Positions 36,301 to 48,704 of a DNA stretch of 64,000 bases are shown piece by piece; the first letter of the stretch is position 1; every line of letters starts with the position of its first letter. Both the position numbers and the translations under genes were made by a program. The stretch comes from Takakia lepidozioides (lineage: Eukaryota > Plantae > Bryophyta), in NCBI GenBank assembly GCA_030704615.1, contig CM060732.1:6882001-6946000 (forward strand), written 5' to 3'. The notes beneath the pieces are model-generated. The model was not told where the DNA came from and did not search any database. It saw only the letters and a list, made by a program, of their open reading frames with translations.

Positions 36301-39300
36301 TTAATCTTGAAAATCATCAGAATCCTCATCCTGTTCTAGACTGTCCTGCTCCGCCTCCACCCCCTCATTGCCTTTCTCATCTCCAGCGGACTGCTCGTTG
36401 GCCAGGCTTTCAAAAATCCCATCTTCCCCTTGCGGAACTGTCCATCTCACCTCCGTTGGGTCGTCTTCCTCCCTGTCTGCGTCGCTCTCATCCGCTGAAT
36501 CACATATGTACTTTTGTACCCGTCTACCTGTCTGAGCTGCTGCCAACTCTTTCTTTATCCTTCTGTCCTCCCTAGCCCTCTCCAAAATCTGCTCTACTTT
36601 ACTGGGATTCTCACTTCTTCTAATCGCTGTATTTGCGAGTTTAGCTGCATAACTAGGAAGGGAGTAGTCCCTCACCGGGCTCCTCATGAAGTCAGCCCTC
36701 GCAAAGAACGGGACATTCTTCCTGGCAGGAAGTGTAGGCCCTACATGTTTCGACCCGGACCCTGCAATCCTGCACATGACAATCATCAACAAGACTAATG
36801 AGAACCACAGTCCGGAAATTCGTTTGACAAAAATGACCCAGAAGGCTTTGCAAACTTACAATGTTTGCACTCACTCGTATTCCGGGTTCTCCTCCGCATC
36901 AATGTCCACTGTGTCTTTCTCGGACTCCGACGAATCCGAGGAGGCTTCCGCTCTGTTGGGAGCCTTAACATTCCGTTGCAGCCCTTCCAGATGGGATCCC
37001 CACACGGATGAATCCTCCTCGTAGGCAAAGAGGTGCCGGTCGGAAAACCGCCCAGCCCACATTGAGGCACCTGTTACAATGCCATCCACACATTACAACA
37101 TGGCGCTTCAGATGTTGCGAACTACATCCTAACGAGAACTTGCAGAACAGCATAGATCAAGATTCTGCATACCTGTCCCAGAGATGAGGTCGAGCACTGT
37201 GCCCTCCACGTCTGTGCATGTCTCCATAATTGTCTGAATGAAGGCAGGGCTCCGAGTCCGTGAGTACCGCAGGGGTTCCGTTGAAGTGAGGCTATGAGGG
37301 AGAAGTTCCTTGGGAACGTTGTTGAACAGAACGTCGTAATCGAGGGGGTCGCAGTTCGGGTCAACCTTCCCTCCCTCCTTCCGGAAAGCAAAGGTGGAGT
37401 TCTCCTTCACAAAGCAGTATGCATCGAACTGCTTCGTCTGCATACACAGGGGGGAACGATTAGAAACCGAATGCGGCACCGCATTTGAAAACACCCAAGC
37501 AAATGAATGGACGAGTGCCAGTGTCGTAATCACCTTCTTCCCTTCCGACCGAAGGCCCAGTGTGTTGATGCACGTCCACTTCTTTTTCAGAATCGGGACG
37601 GCGCTCTTGCGGGTCACTTCGCAATTCCTGTCTGAGTGTTTTTTCCTGTGCTCGCCAGGACAACCACACAACCTCTGTCGTCCAACACCATGCGGGCAAG
37701 CCCGAATCCTTTCTTCCAAAAGTCCTCCGAGTACCTGTTCCAAGATGGCAAAGCTTGCAGTCCTTCCACAGGCTCTCCGTCCGGAATATCCAAGATGATC
37801 ATATCGCAAGACCACTCGGTGGCATTTCCGCCCCTCCTACAATCCTTGTCTGCACACACCCTCTCAAAGAACGAGACCATATTCTGAAATCCTGGGGTGT
37901 CGGAAGGCTCTTCGGCAGTCGCCTTCTTCAGTGCTCTGCCCTTCAGACCCTCCATGGTCTTCATGTATGCCAACTTGGCTGCCCGTCCATCCAAAGCCGC
38001 CAAGAAACTCTCATTTACACACTGGACTAATGTTTCGGGAGCCACTTTCGGCCTCTTCATTTCCACCGGCTCGAAAGGGTGCCCCCCTGGGGGGTTGAAG
38101 AGTGCCTTCTTTGCCGAGCCAGTTCTCGTGCCTCTCGTGACAACGGTGGGCACAGGGGAGGCAGCCTGCGTTTGGGGGGTGGGCTGGTTGCAAAGTCTCC
38201 ATCGGAGTCCTCTTCCTCACCCTCTTCCTGAACAGGCTGTTTCTGCTTCTTTGTTTTGGCGGGTGTCACAACAGCTGCTCCTTGCTGGCGAGTCCTCTTC
38301 TTCAACCCCTTTTGTTGGGCCTGCACAGCTGCATCCACCGTCTTTTGTGCCATCTCAGCTGCCTTTCTGGATTCTTCAAGAGCAGCAGATTCCATTGCCG
38401 ACTTTGGCCCAGCAAGGACACGTCTTTCCTTTCTCTTCTCTTCTGCCAAGGCGTGCAGATCTTTCTCAGACTCGTCAACAATACCGCCAGACATATCCAG
38501 GTACCAGGGGCATCCAACAAGATGCGCGGGATGCCATTGTTTCTGCATCTCGGGTGTGTAGACACAGCTTGGGCCCGCCACGGTCCAAGCCATGAAGAAC
38601 GGGGGCTCTTGAGCCAGGGCCCCTGTCTGAAGGAGCACGTATTTCATATACCTGCAAGGCAGTCAGCATGCGTGAGCGTAAGATTGGACGAACCTACTCG
38701 CAGAGTGCCACCGAAAACATAAAATGCGAATGCGGTGCCGCATTTCCGAGACAAACCTCGTAACCAGGCTTCGCATACAAGGGCAGCTGAGCTTCACTTG
38801 TAAACAATTCGCATTGCAGCTTTCCCCGCTCCCTCCTGATGTGTAAACTCCACGCTCCTTCTTGCTGTCTGTAGCTCTCTAGCGAAGAGGTTGTCCTTGT
38901 ACGCACATCTGAAACGTGTCACGTAGTCTTCCAATGTTTGTGTTCCATCCCATTTGACATACAAGCCGAACGAATTTGTGTGCATTACAACTTGCTCCTT
39001 CGCATTCGACATTACCTGCGATTCCCAAATGCATTGTCACGTAGCAGTTCAGGGAGTTCATTTCAGAAAAGCAAATCTGGGGAAGTACCTTGAATTACCT
39101 GGAACCACCAAGTCATGCGGTTGAGCCACACATCCACTGCAGGGTCGGAAACTTCGAGTGGAAAAGACCACATTGTCCTTATGCTCTCGGATGCATTCCA
39201 GATCGACAGCCACCGTGTCTGCCATTTCCGATCCAATGTCAGGAGCTGGAAGAGAGTGGCTATTGCTAGGAAGGAACTTCAGTGCATTGAAACCTCACCT

Positions 39301-41510
39301 TCTCTTTCGCCTCAACACATGCCGTTGAGAGGTGATGCAGTTTCTCCAATTGCATGGTCGGCTGCATGGCCCGAGAATAGTGTTTTGCAATCTCGGGGAT
39401 GAAGTCCTTTCCAAGTGCCGGATCTGCAATTGCCACCAGCTTCACAAGCTTTGACTTGTATTTGGTTCTGGACTTGACACCGGCTTCCTTCAAGTGCTCA
39501 ATCAATGACTGCAACGTTTTCACCTGCCCCTCACTTTCCATGAAGAAGCGTTTGGCATGGGCCAAATCCAGCTTGATGTTTGACTGCCAACAAAAACATG
39601 CAGAAGCGTTACATTCGATTCATGTGGAAAGATTACTGGAAATTGGGGAAGGATGAGCAGAGGGAAATTGGAGGACGACTTACTTCGTATATCACCTCCA
39701 CCATTCCATCCATAGTGAGACGATACCATGTCCGGTCTGTTTTTGCAACGGCTTTCTGAATGAGCTCGGGCTCCAGCATTTCCGCAAACATCTGCGGATC
39801 AGTGAGACCAGTTTTCCTCACCCTGTACAGCATATGTGCCATGTGGGTATGCACGTACGCATTCTCAGTGACCCTGCAAGGCACACTCTCCAGTTCAGTA
39901 CACAGAAGCACGGAAACAAACCAGAATGGAAACCGAAATGCAGCACCGCATTTCGAACGTGCTAGGGAGGGTATGAGTATCTTACGAGTTGAGGTCCGCC
40001 ATGGCATTCTTGAGCAGGGAGGAGTCTGCCGCCTTCACCTTCAGGATGACACACTCCACCATGTAATGCCAGCCAATGTGCTTGGAATGGTTCTGCTTGA
40101 TGTACTCCCACCAGGCAAGAAGTCGGTGATTCCCGTCCCACACAAAGAACATTTTACCCGACATATGGCCGAAGTCTGGATCACCCTTCAGCGTCGCCTC
40201 GAATTCGTCGTTGCGAGTGTGCCAGTGGGTATCCCACGTTGACAATTCATCGGCAGTGGGTCCACGAGTTTTGCCGTCCTCATTCTCAATGGAAACGTAA
40301 AACGCTGCCGATCCCAGACGGTACCCTTCTCGAAATGCGAACTTGAGCTTATCCACATCTCCGGGAAGGGCCTGCCCGATGATGGGAAGGGAGACCATGC
40401 AACAGAGTGGGATTCGAAGAGTCCGCTGGAATACCCTGCTGCCCAGAACTCTGCCAATGCTACTGTGTGTCTCCTCCAACATTTTATCCGCTGCACTTTT
40501 GAAATCCTCCGGAGACATGTCTGTAGGTGCCGGTAGTGGCTGAGCAGCTGGAGCATCCTCAACTGGAGCTGCACTCTGGGGCCTGTTTGCGGGCAATTCT
40601 GCCATTGCAGAGGCCTCCTCCGGGCCTGCTTGCTCATCGGTGGTGAGGTCTTGCTGCGAACGTTCAGCGGCAGCACCCTCCTCCGGTACCAAATCGACAA
40701 AAACGGTCGATCCCATTGCCTTCGCTGCAGCAGAGACGGCCCCAACATCTTCAGGCGGGAAATCCTCCAGGAACTGAGCTTCAGCTCGTGGAAGCGGTTT
40801 TGCGGGAGATTGTTCGGCCGTCGCCCTGATTGCCTTCTGCTTCCTCATCCTTGCAGGTGAAGGTGTCTGCTGCAATTGAATCTGTCTTTTACCCTGTTGC
40901 TTCATTCGCGTTGGTGGGGGTGAAACGGCCTGAGCCGGTTCAGAAACCAGTAGAGGGACGGGCTGCTTCTTCTTCGACTTTGCAGGAGAAGGGCCCGACC
41001 CCTGCTGGCGATTCTCCATGACCGAAGAATGCGAGTCGATCTCTGGGGCTTTGAACTTGCCCTTCCAAGCCGCGTCTTTGAAACGCACAGGGCTAGGCCC
41101 GGCAGGAATACCCGCGCTCGGGGATCGGGTGGGTGTACGTGCTGCAGCTAGCTCCTCGGACTCTTCCTGCGGCTCTTCGGATTCCTGCGATCCCTCCAGC
41201 ACGTCCACCTTTCCTGTTAGGCATGCAAACATGTTTTGCATTCAAGTCTCCTAGCATTCAGTCTAAGAATTACAGAAGCAAAATGGGGGGTTCGGTGCTC
41301 GATCAGCTGCGCGCAGCCCGATCGCATGGAGCTCTCACTGGTGGCTGGGTTGCCTGAGTGGCCTGCTGCTCGGAGATGGCAATCTCCTCCTGTAGACGCA
41401 TCTGCTTCCTCCCCTTTGGCATTGGCCTACGTCCGAAGTATAATTTTCGGAGCTTGCGACGAGGTCTCCTGTCTGGTGCACAAACTCCCCCCCTCTCAGG
41501 TTCGAGCATA
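36301..41510 (-). CDS. ParB/Srx-like + beta-class N6A/N4C methyltransferase-like fusion, multi-exon (1-bp frameshifts relative to B')
   Basis: WDGNHRL at ~40120-40140; CDMIILDIPDG at ~37776-37808. Spliced 'RSPAFIQTIMETCTDVEGTVLDLISGTG/ASMWAGRFSDRHLFAYEED' matches motifs X-I-II (KP..L....T.PGD.VLDPF.GSGTT..AA...GR...G.E.D). GTAAG/GTGAG donors and CAG acceptors are visible. Confidence 0.78.
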
Positions 41511-41859
41511 AAAAGAACAGAGAGAAGAAAAAGGGGCAAAGAGTGCAGATGGAAAGGGCGCGAGAGGGGTGACTGAGGAGACACGACAAAAGTAGATGAA
41601 ACGGCGGTGATGCACCACTTGGGTTCGAAAGGGTTGGATGAAAGTGTCTCCTCGTGGAGTTTGCGTCATTACGAAATTCGAATCGTTGAGGGTACGCCTG
41701 CCGTCCGAAAAACAAACATCATTATCCAACGGTCAGGCCGCGCCGCCTCATGCCCACTTCAGTCAGATAGAGTGCCGACATGTGCCGCAATTCCGTTGCT
41801 CCACGTGTTCACATTTCAAGGCATTTCCGTCCCAGCATCTGATGAGTTGGAGTGAAAAT

Positions 41860-42474
41860 GCGAATGCGGCGCCGCATTTCCGTTAAGTACCATCACGAAG
41901 CTACACATCCGTACTTGTTGGAAGAAAATGCGGCACCGCATTTCCGTTCCACCTTCACATACCTTAGTTGTTGAACGGAAACACGGTGCCGCATTTCCGT
42001 CCCACAGCTCCATGTATGAAATACAAAAGGGAAATGCGGCGCCGCATTTCCGTTCTGGAATGTCGAAAGGTGCGATTCGGACGGAAATGAGGCACAACAT
42101 TTCAATTCCCGTGGTTCATGATTTTCAATGTGAACGGAAATGCGGTACCGCATTTCCGTTCCCCCTTCACATACCTTAGTTGTTGAACGGAAATACGGTG
42201 CCGCATTTCCGTCCCACAGCTCCATGTATGAGATACAAAAGGGAAATGCGGCGCCGCATTTCCGTTCTGGAATGTCGAAAGGTGCAATTCGGACTGAAAT
42301 GAGGCACAACATTTCAATTCCCGTGGTTCATGATTTTCAATGTGAACGGAAATGCGGTACCGCATTTCCGTTCCCCCTTCACATACCTTAGTTGATGAAC
42401 GGAAATGCCGTGCCACATTTCCGTTCGGGAAAGTATAGAGGTCTCACCTGAAGAGAAATGCGGTGCCGCATTTC
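41860..42474. repeat. 212-bp unit palindrome array of B
   Basis: 41928 and 42140 give near-identical translations; several GGAAATGCGGCGCCGCATTTCC per unit. Confidence 0.92.
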
Positions 42475-43327
42475 GAGGTTTACTATTTCATGAGCAGAAA
42501 CCATGAGCCATGAGCCATGAGCCGCATGAGCCGCATGAGCGGTTAGCCGAAGTCTAAGATACGCGGATTTCATGAGCGGACTCCTCCAAATTTGGAAATG
42601 CGGCAGATTAAACAAGTATTAAAATAATAGTTTTTTTTATTTGACCTTGCCGTTTTTGGACGTTCCAGATCATGTAATGCGGCGAAGATATGTCGTCAGT
42701 AACAAGTCCGCTCATGGTTTTTTAGATCCGCTCATGGAAATAAGTGACCGTGCAACGGGAAATCCAGTATACCACTACAAAAGGATGTCGCATACTGGCC
42801 TGTATAGAGTATTTCGCGGTTTTACATGCCTTAACATTGGAATGAAGCTGACCCTTTTGCCGCGATTGAACCAATGGAGTCTGCACCAATACAGTCTGCA
42901 GTACTTCACAATTCTGTCTTCTTCGGGTATTCGGCGGGAAAGGTTTGCAACTGAACTGGGAAATAAGGTGCCGCATTAGGGTTCGCACGTGCGAAATTTC
43001 GGAGCGGTTTGGTGTTGGCGAAGGCCGCCTCTACCAGTACCTACGACGATACTTGGAAATGCGGCGCCGCATTTCCTTGTCGGAGGTCGAATGAGGAAAG
43101 CAAGTTTTCGGAAAGCAGAAAAACATGAACCCTCCAACATACAAAAATACATGCACGTGGAAGCAAGTGAACGATATAGTAATATCTTAGTTCGAGCAAA
43201 ACAGGTTACTGGTAGGCAAGACATATGTCGGACCTTTCTGTGGCCAGAGTCTGAGGTACTGGCAGCAGTACAGTTCTACTATCCGAAAAGGATGGGCGTA
43301 CCATTGTATTGGGACCGCAAGCCAAGC

Positions 43328-46300
43328 TCACTGGTCCCCTGGATCCATATTCAGAAGAGTGTGAACCTCCTGGGGGCTCAACCCTGGTGCATGTATGAAG
43401 TGATGAGTTGTGGAATTACAACGGAGTCTCTTTAGGTACACGTAGTACAAATGCTTGCAAGGGCAGTATGATGCCCCCTTGTTCGCCATGATCTGGAAGT
43501 CGGTGCAATTGCAGGTGGGTAATTCTGAAATGGTGATGGTGTACACCTCATTGCGAACAGCTGAGCCCGCCGTGGCCATCTGATACACACGCCCGAATCC
43601 TGGTGGGGGCACTTCTGTCGAGCTCTGGATTGTACAGTTCATCCGAAGTGCATTCCCCATCCTTGTCTCGTTCACTTTTGAGGGAGGTCGCCGCCTCTTC
43701 GGTTTCCCCCAACGGTGTGTAGGATGCTTAGAGCTGTCGTGTCCCATTGTTTTTGCTCTCACAGGGGTCGGTGGTGGAGGCTGTGGAAGCGGAAATGGCT
43801 GTCTGGGGACGTCAGTGCGCTGCACCATCCGAAATCCTGCGGCGGTAAGGGCGTCGGCCTCAACCTGACTCAGATCGCAGCCTGGTTCCACCGGCCACAC
43901 CGGGGGAGCCTCTGGCATTGTTTGTATGCCGTACTTGGGCTTTCCATACACGCAAGTCATAATGTCGTGCCTGCAGAACCAGAACTGGGTGGTTGTCGCC
44001 TCCGCAAACTTTGCATGGACAAATCTTCCTGTAAAAGTAGGAGCAGGGATAGCCCCATCTGGATTCCTCCTTATCATCTCTAAACAACGTTGCCGTGTAT
44101 CCACACGAATTGCGGAACACCTTCCTCGAAACGACGGCTTTGTGCGAGCAATTCTCCACTGTGAGGCAGACACAGTCGTCTCCACAATGGCTTGGCCATA
44201 CTGCATAACAACGGGCGGAATCTGGGGCAAGGGAGCGGTGGGAATTTTTGGCACGAAATCCCCGATTGAAGGCGATGGCGATCTGGAATTTCTTGGGCTT
44301 CCACTGCTGGAAGACACATTGTGCGGCAACATGACGGGACCTCGAGGTGCTGTCCGAATGTTCCTGTCGGATCTCCAGGAATCCTCTTCGCACCCGGGTT
44401 CCTCTTCAATCCTCCGCCTGACAGGGCGAGTCCGGACGTCCCCCTCTAGGTGTTCACCTCTGCGGTGCAGAGGTGTCCCTTTGATCTTCTCTCGCAATGC
44501 TGTCGCCCATTTCAGTGGATTCTTGGACCTCGAAGCTGTTCGTACCAACAATTCCTCCCTGTCCGGCCCAAAGCCCCATTGTTTGCCGCTCAAGAACTTG
44601 TAGTACGTGGCTTGCTGCATGATTGCTCTGTCGATGTCCTCCGTTGTGGCCGTCACTACGTCCACCAGATGTGCGGCAGAAGACGCTCGCCAGGAGGAGT
44701 GGACCGATTCTGCCATATTCGTGTTCGGCATGTCCGTGTCGGAATCCAAGCACCGCTCCTAGAAGGACACAAACAATGGTGAGGGACCAATCGAAATGTC
44801 CGTAACAGAAAGACAAATGAACGAAATTGACAGCAGCCTACCTCCCGCATGTACTGTCCGAACTGTCGATACCGAAAATGCCACCACCCCAACCAGCTGT
44901 GCAATGCTCCCAGATTGGTTGTCTCCACTGCACCTGACGTGTTCCACCAAGCCTCGATGATAGCAAACTTAACCTCCGCGTCATCAAATGTGGGTGCATC
45001 CTTCCACGCCGTACAAAGGACACGGTGTTCAGTTTGGAATGAGCTAGCAACAAATTTGGTAGTGTAGTGGGATAGACTCTGCATCCAATGGAATCCACAG
45101 GATCTCTCTTTCCCCTCCATTGGAACATTAGGGTCCTCACCGTACACACGCCGCACCGCTGCCCAGTTGGCCTGAGCGTTGTCTGCCATGAATCCCCTGA
45201 AATTGGGCTCTGGCAATGCCGCCCTTGCCATCTGCTCGTTTATGCCCTCCCACAGATGCATCTCGGACTGTGTGTCCTCCCCTTTCATCTCGCAGATTGC
45301 AATCGTCATGAGCCTCTTGGAGTGATAGTCATAAACATGCGCACCCATAGTCACCCACTGATGGTTTGTAATTCTCTTGATGTGATCAAACATCACCCAA
45401 GCATTCGACAAGTTTCCAGTTGTCATGCGAGTGACCAAGTCGACTCCACTCCCAGGCCCACACGTCAACATTTTGAAAATGTAACAACGATCGGATTCGC
45501 TGCCTTGCCCTGGAAACCTGCTACCTTGGATGTAGTCATATCCAGTCATTCGTTTCACCTCCAGGATTGAGTACATGTCCGACCCCCTGCCGAACTCCTG
45601 CTTGCAAGATACGATGTGATTCCGCACATTCGGACTACAAACGTGCGAGACGGACTCCAAGAGGTCACTCATCTCGTCTTCGTCAAGGGCTCTCGGTCGG
45701 AACCATCTTCAGACATGATTTTGCCAAGAGCAATCTTGTGGGCTGCCTTCAGCTGAATCTGCTTTGGTCTGGCTCCGGGGCTCAATTTCACCTCCTCTTT
45801 TATGATGTCGTGTGCTTCCTGCACAACCTCACGCATGTTGCCTCTCGCCAAGGGGTGGCAGTGGACCCCAACGTGTATGCAAGCTCTAGTCAAGTCCGGG
45901 AGCAAATGGATAACGTAATATTGCTTGGCTCTGCACATGGACATGCACGTCGGTGGTTCTTTGCAATGTGCACACTTGAAAGAACCCGCAGGAGCTTGGC
46001 TGGAGACAATGAATGGATGATGCGTTGTGCTAGTCCAATCCGTCTCGTTTCTCCGCCCTCCTTTGGAGAGAAAGTGGAAGCAGGTGGGATTGAGGCACCT
46101 CAGCTTCCCCGCACAGAGGACATATCGTACACGAACACCATCAGCAATTTTCGTGCTACTGGTCTTCGTCACACACCAAGGGTGTCCGTCATGCTTTCGA
46201 TCCATGTCTGTTAACATCCCGGAGGCTTTGTTTGACGAAGAAACAGGTGGAAACTCGAAGATGACATTGCCATCGACTTCGGGAGGCAGAAACATTACCT

Positions 46301-46922
46301 TTCTGACTGGGAATTTGGCATAGTCGAGAGCAGCCAGCTCGGAGCGAGAACCATCGAGGTGATAATGTCGTAGGAGCCCGGGTTGGAGTTATGCTTGAGC
46401 GCACATGCGTAGCACCTACAGAGACGTCCATGCCGGATTTGAACGACCGTGTGGAGGACATGGGTACCTCAATGCAATCATCTTCCTCGTCGGAAATGTC
46501 GAATACGTCCACACGAGAAGCTATGGAGGGTCTTGACGGTCCAGGTCGGTATTGATTATCGTTGCATACCTCTTTGTTGGTAGTGGCCGCCTGTCGGTTT
46601 CCGGACTCCTTTGTGGATGGTGTGGGCAGCGACTGATTCAGAAATGGAATGGGCATTCCCACAGCTCGGTACAGGATGGTGTCTGATGGGGGTACGTGCC
46701 ATTCGATTCCGCAACCCCGTCGTTACCTAGCACGACAATGGTCTCGTCAACCTGTCCAGGAACATCCTTCCTTTCTTCTTCCAAATAAACTGTGCCCGGT
46801 TTGAGCTTGAATTTGGAACAAAGGTAAGTTTCAGTCACTCTGCAAAGTCCTCCCTCGTTTGGGATCCAGGCTCTCCCAAGTTGCGGAGGACAACAAACTA
46901 TAGCGTAGGAATTCGGAGCCAT
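43328..46922 (-). CDS. MULE-type transposase of B (one intron ~44762-44839; a few frameshifts in the 5' half)
   Basis: Same D-D-CxxH-E and SWIM motifs; long open segments 44656-45672 and 43328-44749; start MAPNSYAIVCCPP is homologous to the A and C starts. Confidence 0.88.
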
Positions 46923-47339
46923 CGAACACCGCACGAAGTTGGCAAGTGCGAGGTTCAGTATAGCGATAGACCAAGGCTCACAGGCACCATGCGGAGTCCA
47001 TTGACGATTGGAAGTCGCACATTGAAGTGGAAAGTATTGTTTCAAGCTACATGCATGAAGGTGGGAGGTTTGATTCCATAGCCAGTAAGTATGACAATGA
47101 TGGCCGATTCCGCGACGAAATAACATCTCCTAACAGTTTCTCCTGAGGGTGGATCCAGCAGTATTCTCGGTGCAGACAGGAACATTCGCACTGACAAGTG
47201 CCACTACTGTTAGTTAAAACGGTCAGACAACCAAGTTGTGCTCATCAAGACTGGCCGCAATTGTGTTGTTTCGGAACAATGCAACCCATTGAGGTTCCAG
47301 ATTTCCCGTCCCGAGTGATTCTTTCGATTGCTGGTGCAC

Positions 47340-48241
47340 GGAAATACGGCGCCGCATTTCCGTATTGCTTCTTGGTCATGCACCAGAGCGACGGAAATGT
47401 GGCACCGTGTTTCCGTCCGAGGGAAACCTTTATACTCTCCAGAACGGAAATGCGGTAACGCATTTCCATCCAGCAAGCACGGTATGTGAAGGTGGAACGG
47501 AAATGCGGTACCGCATTTCCGTTCTGATTGAGAATTATGAACAACGGGAACAGAAATGCGGCACCGCATTTCCGTCCGAGTCGCACTTTCCGACATTCCA
47601 GAACGGAAATGCGGCGCCGCATTTCCATTTTGTATCTGATGCATGGAGCCGAGTGCAATTCCGACCGCTTGAGACATTCATACTATCCAGAACGGAAATG
47701 CGGTACCGCATTTCCGTTCTGACTGAAAATCGTGAACCATCAGAACTGAAATGCGGCAGCGCATTTCCATCCGAGTCGCACCTCCCAACATTCCAGAACG
47801 CAAATGCGGCACCGCATTTCCGTTCTGATGAAAATTTTTGAAACATCGGAACTGAAATGCGGTACCGCATTTCCGTCGGAGTCGCACCTTCCGACATTCC
47901 AAAACGGAAATGCGGAAATGCGGCGCCGCATTTCCGTTTTGTATGTGAGGCATGGAGCTGTGGAACGAAAATGCGGCACAACATTTCCGCCAGGGTCAGA
48001 CCTTAATACTCTACAAAACGGAAATGCGCTACCGCATTTCCGTTCTGACTGAAAATCGTGAACAACGGGAACAGAAATGCGGCACCGCATTTCCGTCCGA
48101 GTCGCACCTTCCGACATTCTAGAACGGAAATGCGGCGCCGCATTTCCGTTTTGTATATGAGGCCTGTAGCTGTGGGACGGAAATGTGGTGCCGCATTTCC
48201 ATCCATGTGAGACCTTCAAACTTTCCAGACCAGAAATGCGG
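47340..48241. repeat. Palindrome array upstream of the B transposase
   Basis: Dense ACGGAAATGCGGNNCCGCATTTCCGT copies every ~40-55 bp. Confidence 0.92.
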
Positions 48242-48704
48242 GGGGGCTGCTATTTCATGAGCCATGAGCCATGAGCGGCATGAGCCATGAGCAGAGTCGT
48301 AAGTGTGGAAAAAAACACGAGCAGCACTATTTTCCGGAAATGAGTGTCCGCGGGAATAGGGTTTAGGGTGCCACGGTCATAGGGGGAGAAGGACCTCCCG
48401 ATGAAGGAGGTTCGGCAATGTTATTTAGAATTATATATTGAAAGGCAATGTTTCGCGAATGGAAGGGTGGTACTGCTCTGTACAATGGGGGCCCATTTCA
48501 GCCTACCAGCCACTTGCAAAATCCACCCACACTCCCAATCCCAAACGAAATGAGCAATGACGCATTCTCGGAACGATGGACACAGAATAGAATAAAAAGA
48601 GGGCACAATGAGGTTTTTATTGATCCACATGAATTGCATTTGAAGCACGTCTACTGTGCTGATTGTGCAATCAAATCTTTAGCCCTGTGCCTACTGAATA
48701 CAAG

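Larger units (their letters stand above)
33874..42474. mobile_element. MULE element B, left arm
   Basis: Starts GGGGGCTGCTATTTCATGAGCC right after integrase codons DVHKY; colinear and highly similar to 48242 onward. Confidence 0.92.
42475..48241 (-). mobile_element. Inverted right arm of a B-type element
   Basis: Begins with the right TIR in reverse (GAGGTTTACTATTTCATGAGC) and has the transposase on -. The reverse complement of 48241 leftward continues the sequence broken at 42474, as shown by the unbroken copy at ~63565. Confidence 0.9.

Noticed and set aside
36301-41510. Bacterial or phage contamination as the source of the ParB-MTase
   Set aside because: The gene has spliceosomal GT-AG introns, lies inside TIR-bounded elements and is nested with plant LTR retrotransposons.
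47340-48241. CRISPR-like pattern of palindromic repeats with spacers (also 5450-7015, 12810-14030, 41860-42474)
   Set aside because: The 'spacers' recur as higher-order tandem units, the repeats are degenerate, no cas genes are present and the context is a eukaryotic TE.
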